This document shows positions 28,395 through 38,022 of a stretch of 64,000 nucleotides of DNA, piece after piece. The position numbers and the translations under genes were made by a program. The DNA is from Minisyncoccia bacterium (GTDB lineage Bacteria; Patescibacteriota; Minisyncoccia; Phycocordibacterales; UBA9973): the NCBI GenBank assembly GCA_038323465.1, contig JBBQGX010000001.1, positions 10,980 through 74,979 on the forward strand. The letters run 5' to 3'. Positions within the stretch are counted from its first letter, which is position 1, and the number at the start of each line of letters is the position of its first letter. Under the pieces are notes generated by a model that made no database searches, was not told the origin of the DNA, and was given only the letters and a program-made list of their open reading frames with translations.

Positions 28395-30557
28395 TTAACC
28401 AACTAATTCTTTTTTTGTTCTCAGGTATTGATTGTTGAGATCAATGATTGATTGAGGTATTTTTCTTTCTTGTATAATTCTTAGTTCATCATACAAACCA
28501 CTCAAAATATCTTTCATATTACCCACATTGTTTTGTTTTGTAAATTTTTCTATACCATAACTATTAGATATAGATGGTATCGGAACTTTTAAAACACTAG
28601 TTCCTGAAGATTTTTTAAGTTCCGCTTCTTTATTAGTTATATTTGTTGTCATTTCTGTTAATTTAGTATCAAAATCAAATAAAACATCTTCCCATTCTTT
28701 TTTACCCTTCCCTGTAAAGAAAAACTTTGGTTTCTTTAATTCATAATCACTTTTTTTTACAGAATAAATACGGATATCTTTTTTGCCTTGATCTATTTCA
28801 GACTGAAGACTCTCTATTTTTTTATCAATCGAGGGTATTCTAATAAGACCACGACTAAAATTTATATCATTATCTGCTGGTACAGAAGATTCAAACTTAG
28901 TAAGTTCCTCTATGGCTTCCAGTGCTTGTTTTCCACGAGATTCAAATTCTTTTATAACTGAAGTTATCTGGTTTAAATTAACAGCTCTTAATTCTATTTC
29001 TTCTCCTTTCTGTATTCCATCTCTAAATTCTACTTCAGCTAAATAAAAATCAATAACAGATTTCATTTTATTAATAACCTTCTCTTTATCCTCTTCTATT
29101 TTCTTAATAAAATCTTCAACATATAGTTTTTCCTCATCAAAAGAAGTATCTTTATTGGGTGATTTTTTATGATAGCTCCCACCAAGAGAATAAGGTTCAT
29201 TACCATAATGCATTGAACTATTTATAGAAACAGTTTCCTCGCAAATGTTTTTTCCAAACAAATAAAAATCATTTTCATTTTTTATATTTTTTAATTTATC
29301 TATATTAGCTTTTAAATCCTGAGTTCTAATTTCTAAAACGCCTTGCAGTTTAACATAATTAAATTCTGGTATAAATTTATCACGACTCTCTAAATTTTCT
29401 TTAAATTTAAGACCTTTATTTTTATCAAAAGAATCCTCTGGTTTAAAAGATAATATATAATCAATACTGGCTGAACCATCTCTATATCCGTATTCGAATT
29501 TTTTAATATCAACTGAAACCCCAAAATTTTTATACAGCTCTGTGTGTTTTTTCTCTAATTCATGAATAAATTCTCTTTTTACTTGTTCGAATTTATCCAT
29601 AAGAGATCTTGCTTTACCTTTCTCTTCTTCAGAAAAAGATGATATTCCTTCTTTTGCCTTTTTTAAATCTAAAACAACTGAATTTTTTTCAAAAGATTCA
29701 TTAATTTTATCACTATAAAATTTTTTTAATGTTTCTTGTAGTACATCTTTTCCATAAACAGATTCAGTCTTCATAACTTCTTTATCATTTGATAAAAGTT
29801 CTGGAGCAAAGACAAAATTATCAATATTTACATGGTCATTTTCAACTTTAATCTCTAATCCTTTTACATAAAGAATAATTTTTTGACCTTCATTTTCAAT
29901 ATTAAAAGTTACCGGAGTAATATCCTTTTCTAGTTCTTTTGAAAGATTTTCTATGATCATTTCTCTCTCTTCTGGAATTTTTACTTTTTCTTTAATTAAT
30001 TCATTTTCAATCTTCCCAAGTCTTTCATTTATGGAATTACTTAAAAAAGTATAAAAATAATCATGACTTGACTCTTCTTTTGGAATTACAACACCTAATT
30101 CTTGTAACTTTAAAATAAGAGCTTCATTTGTCTCTTTTAATCCATCTTTATTTAATAATGATTTTTTGTAATCTAATACTTCATCTGCATCAGGATTTTT
30201 ATCAACCAAATCCTCCGTATTTTTAATACCAGCTTCTTCTAAAACACTCTTTAATTCAGGGTCTTTATCGGCACTTTCTATAATAGAGTCTAAGGTAACC
30301 TTACTAGAAGAAACTTCATTCATGACTTGATTTCTATATTCTTTCATCCCTGTACCACTTTCTTTTTTATTACTTGAATCTGATTTAAAATTCAAAGAAT
30401 TCTGAATTATTTCAAGTAATTGTTTTTGATTTTCAAGTTTTTGAATATTAGAATTTGCTACTTCAACTTCTCCTTTCTTTATTTCTTGCCCTTCTTTTTC
30501 TTTTTGAGATCTTAAATCATTTGCTTTATCTAGAAATGACGCCTTGATTGTTACCAT
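28395..30557 (-). CDS. Large K/E-rich coiled-coil hypothetical protein
   Basis: 720-aa open frame; no recognisable motif, signal peptide or TM. Confidence 0.75.
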   Translation of the reverse strand: MVTIKASFLDKANDLRSQKEKEGQEIKKGEVEVANSNIQKLENQKQLLEIIQNSLNFKSDSSNKKESGTGMKEYRNQVMNEVSSSKVTLDSIIESADKDPELKSVLEEAGIKNTEDLVDKNPDADEVLDYKKSLLNKDGLKETNEALILKLQELGVVIPKEESSHDYFYTFLSNSINERLGKIENELIKEKVKIPEEREMIIENLSKELEKDITPVTFNIENEGQKIILYVKGLEIKVENDHVNIDNFVFAPELLSNDKEVMKTESVYGKDVLQETLKKFYSDKINESFEKNSVVLDLKKAKEGISSFSEEEKGKARSLMDKFEQVKREFIHELEKKHTELYKNFGVSVDIKKFEYGYRDGSASIDYILSFKPEDSFDKNKGLKFKENLESRDKFIPEFNYVKLQGVLEIRTQDLKANIDKLKNIKNENDFYLFGKNICEETVSINSSMHYGNEPYSLGGSYHKKSPNKDTSFDEEKLYVEDFIKKIEEDKEKVINKMKSVIDFYLAEVEFRDGIQKGEEIELRAVNLNQITSVIKEFESRGKQALEAIEELTKFESSVPADNDINFSRGLIRIPSIDKKIESLQSEIDQGKKDIRIYSVKKSDYELKKPKFFFTGKGKKEWEDVLFDFDTKLTEMTTNITNKEAELKKSSGTSVLKVPIPSISNSYGIEKFTKQNNVGNMKDILSGLYDELRIIQERKIPQSIIDLNNQYLRTKKELVG

Positions 30558-30603
30558 AAATATAATTTAAATTAATAAATATTGAGATTAAATAATAGTG
30601 TTA

Positions 30604-31698
30604 TTATAAACCATCTTCACGTAGTTTGTCAATGAGTTCCCTATTTTTACGAGAAAGTTTTGTGGGCATATCTATATTAATTTTGATTATAATATCACCT
30701 CGTCCGCGAGTGGAAGGTACACCTTTGCCACGAACACGAAGCATCTCGCCATTATTGATACCTTCGGGAATCTTTACCTCCATATTGTGATTATCTAGTG
30801 TTTTTAAATTATAAGTCATCCCGAGAAGCGCATCTGTTAATTTGATTTTCAAATCCATCGTTAGATTTAGTCCATCACGAGAATATATTGAGTGAGATTT
30901 TACATTTAATTTCAAATACAAATCGCCAGATTCACCACCCTGAATCGCTTCACCCTTACCATTGACTCGTAATGTCTCACCATTGCTGACCCCAGCTGGA
31001 ATTTTTACTTTTATTTCTTCATCTTTCTTTTTGACTCCAGAGCCATGACAATCATTACATTTATCAGATGGAATCTGACCAGATCCAAAACAATTCTCAC
31101 AAGTCTTTACACTTGCAAAATTCCCAAGTATTGAACGTCTTATTTCTTTAACTTGACCTTGTCCATTACAAACAGAACATGTATTCATCTTGGTTCCTGG
31201 TTTACTACCGGTGCCATCACAACTATCACATTTTGATTGTTTATTTATTCGGACGATATGTTCTATCCCAAAAATAGCATCTGAGAATGTGAGATTTATC
31301 TCCATAGATAAATCTCTGCCTCTTTTTACTTTTTGTCTGCTACGTCCACCACCACCAAAAAAATCTCCAAAGATATCACCTAGATCACCCATATCAAATT
31401 CAACCCCACCGTTTTGACCACTGAAATCAAAACCCCCAAATCCACCTTGCCCTCCAAATCCACCACCTCCACCAGGAAATCCTTGTGGTCCATCTGCATT
31501 ACCAAACTGATCAAACGATGCACGTTTTTTATCATCAGAAAGAACCTGATAAGCTTCATTGGCTTCTTTGAATTTAGTATCATCACCCTTGTTTTTATCT
31601 GGATGATATTTATGAGCCATTTTATGAAATGCTTTCTTTATTTCATCCTTTGAGGCATTTTTTTCTATTCCTAATATTTTATAATAATCTTTAGACAT
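30604..31698 (-). CDS. dnaJ: Chaperone DnaJ
   Basis: HPD J-domain, G/F region, four CxxCxGxG repeats. Confidence 0.98.
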   Translation of the reverse strand: MSKDYYKILGIEKNASKDEIKKAFHKMAHKYHPDKNKGDDTKFKEANEAYQVLSDDKKRASFDQFGNADGPQGFPGGGGGFGGQGGFGGFDFSGQNGGVEFDMGDLGDIFGDFFGGGGRSRQKVKRGRDLSMEINLTFSDAIFGIEHIVRINKQSKCDSCDGTGSKPGTKMNTCSVCNGQGQVKEIRRSILGNFASVKTCENCFGSGQIPSDKCNDCHGSGVKKKDEEIKVKIPAGVSNGETLRVNGKGEAIQGGESGDLYLKLNVKSHSIYSRDGLNLTMDLKIKLTDALLGMTYNLKTLDNHNMEVKIPEGINNGEMLRVRGKGVPSTRGRGDIIIKINIDMPTKLSRKNRELIDKLREDGL

Positions 31699-31706
31699 AA
31701 TTTAAT

Positions 31707-31820
31707 AAAGAAAATTAAATAATCTTTCCAGAGGAGCTTGGGAGGCTGTCGAGCCGAGCACGAGGAATTTTCTAGTAAGAAAATATCCGTGTCCTCTGGG
31801 GAGATTATTTTATTTTCTTT
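31707..31820. repeat. Nested palindromic element between dnaK and dnaJ
   Basis: 29-bp outer inverted repeat (3 mismatches) around a G-rich segment and an inner hairpin with ATTTTCT-agta-AGAAAAT. Confidence 0.8.
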
Positions 31821-31830
31821 TTTACTTACT

Positions 31831-33729
31831 TTATTTACTTTCTGGATTCTCATTTACTTCTGCTTCTTTGATTTCTGGTTCTTGCTCCTCTGGAATTTTA
31901 TTTTCTGACGAAGAAGTAGATTCAGGATTGGCTTTTGCCATAGCTTCTCCTATCTTTGACATTTCATTTGAAAGTTCCATGACTGCTTTTTTGATTACTT
32001 CAATATCATTACTATCCTTAGCTGTTTTAACTGCTGTAATTTTATTTTCTATTTCTGTTTTTATTTCAGGAGTAACTTTATCACCATATTCTTTTATAGA
32101 TTTCTCTGCTGTGAAAATCATCATTTCAGCAGTATTCTTCTCATCAGCTAATTCTTTTTTCTTTACATCTTCTTCTGCGTGAAGTTCAGCATCATCTTTC
32201 ATCTTTTTTATATCAGCGTCTGTAAGTCCTGAACTTGCTTCTATGCGAATCGATTGAACTTTACCTGAAGCTTTATCCATAGCTTTTACATTCAATATCC
32301 CATTGGCATCAACATCAAAAGTCACTTCGACTTGAGGAATACCTCGTGGTGATGGTGGAATACCATCTAAGATAAATCTACCGAGTGATTTATTGTCAGA
32401 TGCCATAGGACGTTCACCCTGAGTTATATGAATCTCCACAGAAGTCTGATTGTCAGCAGCAGTTGAGAATATTTGTGATTTAGAACTAGGGATTGTAGTA
32501 TTACGCTCTACGAGTTTTGTAGCAACACCACCAAGTGTTTCAATACCAAGTGAAAGTGGTATAACATCAAGCAAAAGAACATCACGAACATCACCCTGAA
32601 GAACTCCAGCTTGAACAGCAGCACCTAGCGCAACAACTTCATCAGGATTAATTGAACGATTTGGTTCTTTGCCGAACAATTTCTTCACTTCTTCCACAAT
32701 TTTTGGCATTCTTGTTTGTCCTCCAACAAGAATGATTTCATTTATTTCACTCATCTTGAATGGAGATGCCTCAATGGCACGCTTTGTGATTTCTATAGAA
32801 CGAGTTACATATTCTTCTGCTAGTGACTCAAGAGTTGCACGAGACATCTTTAAGAGTAAGTGTTTTGGACCTGATGCATCGGAAGTAATAAATGGAATAT
32901 TGATCTCTGATTCCATGGTTGTTGAGAGTTCGTGTTTTGTTTTCTCTGCTGCTTCCTTTAGACGCTGTAGAGCAAGAACATCTTTAGTTACATCAATACC
33001 TGATTCCTTCTTGTATTCATCTGCAATCCATCTGACAACTTTTTGATCGATATCTTCACCACCCATGTGTGAGTCGCCGTCTGTTGATTTAACTTCTATG
33101 ACATCATCTCCAACTTCAAGAACAGAAATATCAAAAGTACCTCCACCAAAGTCATATACGACTATCTTCTCATTTTTCTTTGTATTGAATCCATATGCGA
33201 GAGCTGCAGCAGTAGGCTCGTTGATGATACGCTTTACATCAAGTCCAGCTATTACTCCAGCATCTTTTGTAGCTTTACGTTGAGCATCGTTAAAATACGC
33301 AGGCACAGTAATAACTGCTTCTGTTATTTTCTCGCCGAGTTTTGCTTCAACATCAGCTTTTATTTTACTCAATATCATCGCAGAAATTTCTTCTGGGCGA
33401 AGCCATTTATCTCCCATCTTTGACTCTACTCCACCAGTATTTCCTTTTTGAATCTTGTAAGAAATAGTTTTTTCATCTTTTTGGATTTCTGGGTCATCAT
33501 ACATGTGACCAATAAATCTCTTGATACCAGAAATAGTATTTTCTGGATTTGTAACTGCTTGACGCTTTGCGAGAAGTCCAACCATACGATCACCATTCTT
33601 TGTTATTGTAACAACAGATGGAGTGGTACGTGTACCCTCAATATTTTCTATAATTTTTGGTTGACCACCCTCGATGATAGCTACCGCACTATTTGTTGTA
33701 CCCAAATCTATACCTATTATTTTTGCCAT
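31831..33729 (-). CDS. dnaK: Chaperone DnaK (Hsp70)
   Basis: [32 protein letters not shown]. Confidence 0.99.
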   Translation of the reverse strand: MAKIIGIDLGTTNSAVAIIEGGQPKIIENIEGTRTTPSVVTITKNGDRMVGLLAKRQAVTNPENTISGIKRFIGHMYDDPEIQKDEKTISYKIQKGNTGGVESKMGDKWLRPEEISAMILSKIKADVEAKLGEKITEAVITVPAYFNDAQRKATKDAGVIAGLDVKRIINEPTAAALAYGFNTKKNEKIVVYDFGGGTFDISVLEVGDDVIEVKSTDGDSHMGGEDIDQKVVRWIADEYKKESGIDVTKDVLALQRLKEAAEKTKHELSTTMESEINIPFITSDASGPKHLLLKMSRATLESLAEEYVTRSIEITKRAIEASPFKMSEINEIILVGGQTRMPKIVEEVKKLFGKEPNRSINPDEVVALGAAVQAGVLQGDVRDVLLLDVIPLSLGIETLGGVATKLVERNTTIPSSKSQIFSTAADNQTSVEIHITQGERPMASDNKSLGRFILDGIPPSPRGIPQVEVTFDVDANGILNVKAMDKASGKVQSIRIEASSGLTDADIKKMKDDAELHAEEDVKKKELADEKNTAEMMIFTAEKSIKEYGDKVTPEIKTEIENKITAVKTAKDSNDIEVIKKAVMELSNEMSKIGEAMAKANPESTSSSENKIPEEQEPEIKEAEVNENPESK

Positions 33730-33783
33730 ATATTTTTTGTAAATTAACTAATAATTAATAATAATAATTTTATAAATTCATAG

Positions 33784-33860
33784 CAAAGTTATAGTTTGAT
33801 TTTCGCTGTCGCATAGGGCCCCTCTGGGGTAAAGCGCAAGAAAATTAGATTATAACTTTG
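33784..33860. repeat. Long hairpin in the dnaK 5' leader
   Basis: CAAAGTTATAGTTTGATTTTC / GAAAATTAGATTATAACTTTG arms around a GC-rich core with CCCC-tct-GGGG. Confidence 0.75.
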
Positions 33861-33875
33861 TGAAGAATTAAATTA

Positions 33876-33904
33876 ATTATATACTAAATAAATTCTTTTG
33901 ACAA
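33876..33904 (-). promoter_or_regulatory. Sigma70-type dnaK promoter
   Basis: TTGTCA-17 nt-TATAAT on the minus strand. Confidence 0.75.
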
Positions 33905-33930
33905 CTATTTAGTGATCACTAAATAGTTGT
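33901..33930. promoter_or_regulatory. Perfect 30-bp palindrome, candidate operator
   Basis: ACAACTATTTAGTGA|TCACTAAATAGTTGT, between the -35 boxes of two divergent promoters. Confidence 0.75.
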
Positions 33931-33958
33931 TGAATATTATATACACTTGTGATACAAT
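33930..33958 (+). promoter_or_regulatory. Promoter of the PaaX-like gene
   Basis: TTGAAT-17 nt-TACAAT with extended -10 TG. Confidence 0.7.
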
Positions 33959-33967
33959 GTCAATATT

Positions 33968-34495
33968 ATGAAAAAGCGTGATTTTTCAAGGAAAATTATA
34001 AAGATACTATCAGAAAGACCTGCCGTATCAGTCGGAGAACTAGAAGAACGAATTGTTCTTGATAAAGATGGCCTATATGCCTTAAATCGCTCTATAAAGA
34101 GCCTCCGAGATGGTGGACTGATCGAGAACATAGATTCTGGTCAAAACCAATATGCTAAGCTCACAACAGAAGGCAAGAAGAAGGCAAACAGTCTAAAACT
34201 TGAATGCGAAAATGCTATCATAAGTAATACTTGGGATGGATATTGGAGAATCATACTTCTTGATATTCCAGAAGAAAGAAAGAATGAAAGAGAAGCACTT
34301 CGTTACCTTTTGAAAAAAGCAGGATTTGCTTGTCTGAAAAATTCAGTATGGATATCTATTTACCCCTTTGAGCACTTATTCACAAATATTAAAAATGACT
34401 TAAATTTATCTACCGAGCTAATCATAATAGTCACAGATAAAATAGACAAAGAAACAGAAAAGGAATTTTTCTCGCTCTGTGGATTAAATAAATAA
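33968..34495 (+). CDS. PaaX-like regulator (winged HTH plus Cas2-like domain)
   Basis: wHTH ending YAKLTTEGK, then WDGYWRIILLDIPE..R..LR..L...GF..LKNSVW. Confidence 0.85.
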   Translation: MKKRDFSRKIIKILSERPAVSVGELEERIVLDKDGLYALNRSIKSLRDGGLIENIDSGQNQYAKLTTEGKKKANSLKLECENAIISNTWDGYWRIILLDIPEERKNEREALRYLLKKAGFACLKNSVWISIYPFEHLFTNIKNDLNLSTELIIIVTDKIDKETEKEFFSLCGLNK

Positions 34496-34511
34496 AATCA
34501 TAAAACATCCA

Positions 34512-34543
34512 CAGAAATAATCTTTTTAAAAAGATTATTTCTG
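34512..34543. terminator. Bidirectional terminator between the PaaX-like gene and grpE
   Basis: CAGAAATAATCTTT...AAAGATTATTTCTG. Confidence 0.65.
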
Positions 34544-34555
34544 CTCTTGTTTTAT

Positions 34556-35173
34556 TTATTTTTTATATTCAAAAATATTTACTCTAGCTGGACGGATTAT
34601 ACGGTCACCAAGCCTATAACCGACTTGAATTATTTTCTCTATAGAATGATCTTTTTCTTCTTTATCTGTAACAATTGATTCTATAGATTCATGAAGAATA
34701 GGATCAAACTTCACTCCCACTTCATCAATTTTTTCTATGCCAGACTCCGCAAATCCATTTATAAATTGAGAATAGATGTATTCAACGCCCATACGCCAAT
34801 TCTTGTCTACTTTTTCCCAAGCTTCTTTGTTTGCGAAAGCCATATCAAAACTATCAAGAGCAGGAAGTAGATTCCTTGCAAATTTTTCTTTAGTTACAAC
34901 AGAACTCTTTGTTTGATGATCACCGTGCTCTTTTTGTAGATTGATATAGTCAGCCTTTGCTCTCTGCCAACCAGTCAAATATTCCTCCTTTTCTGCTCTG
35001 CAAAGTTTCAAATCCTCACGAAGTTTTTTAGTTACATCTTTAGATGATAATGCTTCTCCATCTTCTGTGCTATCTACATATGTGACATCTGAAACATCTG
35101 AGACATCATGAGTACTCTCAAGTTCCTTTGCCAATAGTTCACTTACTTCTTTATTTTTATCTTCATCATTCAT
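34556..35173 (-). CDS. grpE: Nucleotide exchange factor GrpE
   Basis: WQRAKADYINL, LLPALDSF, FDPILHE, GYRLGDRIIRPARV; start moved to MNDEDK. Confidence 0.96.
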   Translation of the reverse strand: MNDEDKNKEVSELLAKELESTHDVSDVSDVTYVDSTEDGEALSSKDVTKKLREDLKLCRAEKEEYLTGWQRAKADYINLQKEHGDHQTKSSVVTKEKFARNLLPALDSFDMAFANKEAWEKVDKNWRMGVEYIYSQFINGFAESGIEKIDEVGVKFDPILHESIESIVTDKEEKDHSIEKIIQVGYRLGDRIIRPARVNIFEYKK

Positions 35174-35237
35174 CTTTGTACTATAACAAAAAATCAAACT
35201 TTTTTCAAAGTTCGATTTTTTTATAAATTATATAAAA

Positions 35238-35660
35238 TTAGGCAATTGGCCCATTTGTTACCTCTGGTGCCACAACTGGAATATCAGAAGTTATTCCTAG
35301 CTGAACCATTTTTGGATCTGAACCATATTTATTGTCTCCAATAGTACCGCTTGTCACAAAAAGAATAAGTAACCAAATACCACCAATGATAGGAATAAGG
35401 GAAATAAACATCATCCATCCACTTTTATCCACATCATGAAGTCTTCTTACTGCAACAGAAAGAGTTGGAATAAAAAGAATAAGTCCAAATATTATTGTTA
35501 AAATTCCATATTCACCAACTTTTATACCAATAAATAAATCTAAAACAGTAATGATTATTGCAGAAATTATTGAAAATAAATAAAACATCCAATATTCTCG
35601 TCTTCTTGCTCTCCCTTTAAAAACTGCATACTTTTTAAAACATGTAATGAATTCATTCAT
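35238..35660 (-). CDS. DUF805/YhaH-family inner membrane protein
   Basis: YAVFKGRARRREYW, VRRLHDVDKSGW, NKYG.DP. Confidence 0.92.
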   Translation of the reverse strand: MNEFITCFKKYAVFKGRARRREYWMFYLFSIISAIIITVLDLFIGIKVGEYGILTIIFGLILFIPTLSVAVRRLHDVDKSGWMMFISLIPIIGGIWLLILFVTSGTIGDNKYGSDPKMVQLGITSDIPVVAPEVTNGPIA

Positions 35661-35747
35661 TTGATTAATTTAAAAAATTATAATGATTACGACAAAGTTT
35701 ATAATATTGTAATTATATTATTATAATATATAAATAGCAATATATAT

Positions 35748-35784
35748 ATAAATAAAACTCTCCAAAATGGAGAGTTTTATTTAT
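35748..35784 (-). terminator. Terminator of the ribosomal block after rpsI
   Basis: ATAAAACTCTCC-aaaat-GGAGAGTTTTAT. Confidence 0.75.
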
Positions 35785-35785
35785 A

Positions 35786-36235
35786 TTATCTTTTTGACCA
35801 CTGTGGCGATTTACGAGCTTTTTTAAGTCCAAACTTTTTACGTTCAACTGTACGAGGGTCACGCTTAAGCATTTTAGCTTTCTTAAGCCCTCCACGTAAT
35901 TCCGCATCATACAGAACCAAAGCACGTGATATACCATGACGAACAGCTTCAGCTTGAGCATGAGATCCACCTCCTTTTGTGGTGACTACTACTTCAAATT
36001 TCTCAGTAGGGGTTGCGGTTTCAAAAGCTCCTGTTACTATCTTTTTTAATTCTGGAGTTGGAAAATATTCTGTAAAATCCTTGCCATTTATTGTGTAAGT
36101 TGTCTTGGTTGCTTTATAGAGACGTACTACTGCAGTAGCAGTTTTACGACGGCCAATAGCTCTAAAATATTCCCCGCCTGCACGAGCTGTGCTCGAAGCA
36201 CTGCGGGCAGGTTTTGTTGTTTTAATGTTAGTCAT
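35786..36235 (-). CDS. rpsI: 30S ribosomal protein S9 (palindrome-encoded N-terminal insert)
   Basis: GRRKTA, GGG..AQAEA, ERKKFGLKKARKSPQWSKR. Confidence 0.98.
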   Translation of the reverse strand: MTNIKTTKPARSASSTARAGGEYFRAIGRRKTATAVVRLYKATKTTYTINGKDFTEYFPTPELKKIVTGAFETATPTEKFEVVVTTKGGGSHAQAEAVRHGISRALVLYDAELRGGLKKAKMLKRDPRTVERKKFGLKKARKSPQWSKR

Positions 36236-36243
36236 AATAATTA

Positions 36244-36594
36244 TTATTCAGTTATTGTTAAACGTTTCATCATAAGTGGGCGTAATTTATTTGAAGGCAA
36301 CATTCCGTAAACCGCAAGTTCATACAATCCAATCCAACCTTTTTTCTCAATAATTTTTTCGTTAGTCTTCTGTTTAAAACCTCCGGGTTGACCTGAATAA
36401 GTCTCATGGAGAGTTTCCTTCATTCTTTTTTCAGTAAATTTAGTCTTACTAGCATTCTCAATATATACGCGAACATCAGTGATATTATTTGCTGTGTATT
36501 CTACTGAAGTTTTACCCATAAGAGCCTTCGCAGCTGCACTTGCAACACGTCCCAACACCTTATCCGTAGCATCAATTTTATGTACTTTTGTCAT
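36244..36594 (-). CDS. rplM: 50S ribosomal protein L13 (short)
   Basis: IDA..KVLGRVAS, YSGQPGG, AVYGMLP. Confidence 0.95.
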   Translation of the reverse strand: MTKVHKIDATDKVLGRVASAAAKALMGKTSVEYTANNITDVRVYIENASKTKFTEKRMKETLHETYSGQPGGFKQKTNEKIIEKKGWIGLYELAVYGMLPSNKLRPLMMKRLTITE

Positions 36595-36597
36595 ATA

Positions 36598-36951
36598 TTA
36601 TATAAATTCTATTATTGCCATTTTGCTTGCATCACCTCCGCGAGAACCAATTTTAGTAATACGAGTGTAACCTCCAGTTTGACCTTTATATTTTGGAGCA
36701 ATGATATCAATTAATTTTGTGGCTTCAGCTGTCAAGTTATACAAACGAGATATAACTAATCTACGTGAAGCAAGTGTTCCAACATTAGCCTTTGTAACCA
36801 TCTTTTCAACCATCGGACGAAGTTCTTTTGCTTTTGCCTCTGTTGTTTCTATTTTACTGTGTGCAATAAGTGCCAACATGAGTCCCTTCATTAAGGCATG
36901 TCTCTGGTTCTTATTTCTTCCAAATTTTCTTACATTATTACCGTGTCTCAT
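36598..36951 (-). CDS. rplQ: 50S ribosomal protein L17
   Basis: MRHG, TTEAKAKELR, GGYTRI. Confidence 0.97.
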   Translation of the reverse strand: MRHGNNVRKFGRNKNQRHALMKGLMLALIAHSKIETTEAKAKELRPMVEKMVTKANVGTLASRRLVISRLYNLTAEATKLIDIIAPKYKGQTGGYTRITKIGSRGGDASKMAIIEFI

Positions 36952-36977
36952 ATATTTTTACTTATTACTATTACTAA

Positions 36978-37955
36978 TTATTTAAGTGTTATACCGTAAC
37001 CCCCGAGTATTTTCTTGATCTCTTGGATTCCCTTATCACCAATACCATCGATTTCTAATAAATCTTCCTTTTTCTTGCGAGCGATACCTCCTATTGTGCG
37101 AATATTTGCACCAGTTAGAGCATTGAGTGTACGAGTAGAAAGATCTAGTGTATCAATACGAGTTTTTAAAATATCAGTAAATTCATTACCTTCTTCTTCT
37201 TTTTCCTCACCTTTTTCTTCAACAATTTTTTCTTCAATTTGACCAACGGTTGAAGTCTTCTTTATAACAGTAAAACCAACAATTGCTTGCAATTGCTCTA
37301 CCATTATAACAATGGCCTTTTCAAGAGCTTCACGAGGAGAAAGAGTTCCATCTGTTTCAATAGTCATACGCAAACGATTATGGTTTGTTTTATCACCAAC
37401 ACGCATATTTTCTACTTCATAAGCAACACGACGAATAGGAGTAAAGATAGCATCAACTGAAATAACACCAACTTCATTCTTTTCTTTTTGGTGAACATCT
37501 TTAGAAACAAAACCTAGACCTTTCTGAATAGTCATTTCAATATTTAAAGAGTTTTTTGTTGTAACCTCAGCAATATATAAATCTTTATTCAAAACTTCAA
37601 CTTGACCACTAAGTTCAATATCAGAAGCTGTAACAATTTTTGGCCCTTTAACAGAAAGCTTAATAGTCTGAGGCTCATCTGTTAATAAACGGAAACGAAC
37701 CTGCTTCAAATGAAGCAGAATAGTTATAACATCTTCTTTAACTCCATCTAAAACTGTAAACTCATGATCTGCTCCTTCAATTTTAAGTGAAGTGATAGCT
37801 GAACCTGATAGCGAAGATAGAATTATACGTCTCAAAGAATTCCCTAGAGTGTGTCCATACCCGGGATAAAGACCATCGATTTCATAAACTCCCTTTGAGT
37901 CCACTTCTGAAACGATAGATAATTTAGATGGTAATATGATATTTAAATCAGACAT
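36978..37955 (-). CDS. rpoA: RNA polymerase alpha subunit
   Basis: GYGHTLGNSLRRILL-like segment, GVKEDV, VENMRVG, alpha-CTD LSTRTLNAL. Confidence 0.98.
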   Translation of the reverse strand: MSDLNIILPSKLSIVSEVDSKGVYEIDGLYPGYGHTLGNSLRRIILSSLSGSAITSLKIEGADHEFTVLDGVKEDVITILLHLKQVRFRLLTDEPQTIKLSVKGPKIVTASDIELSGQVEVLNKDLYIAEVTTKNSLNIEMTIQKGLGFVSKDVHQKEKNEVGVISVDAIFTPIRRVAYEVENMRVGDKTNHNRLRMTIETDGTLSPREALEKAIVIMVEQLQAIVGFTVIKKTSTVGQIEEKIVEEKGEEKEEEGNEFTDILKTRIDTLDLSTRTLNALTGANIRTIGGIARKKKEDLLEIDGIGDKGIQEIKKILGGYGITLK

Positions 37956-38022
37956 ATTATGTGCACGAGCAAGCTCGTAATAAATTATTTTATAAAAAAT
38001 TCACCATATGGCTCGTAATAAA

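Noticed and set aside
31671-31853. 60-aa ORF between dnaK and dnaJ
   Set aside because: It runs through the palindromic element and overlaps both genes; no coding support.
33968-34495. CRISPR-Cas locus, from the Cas2-like domain
   Set aside because: The domain is fused to a wHTH in PaaX architecture; I saw no cas1, effector genes or repeat-spacer array in the window.
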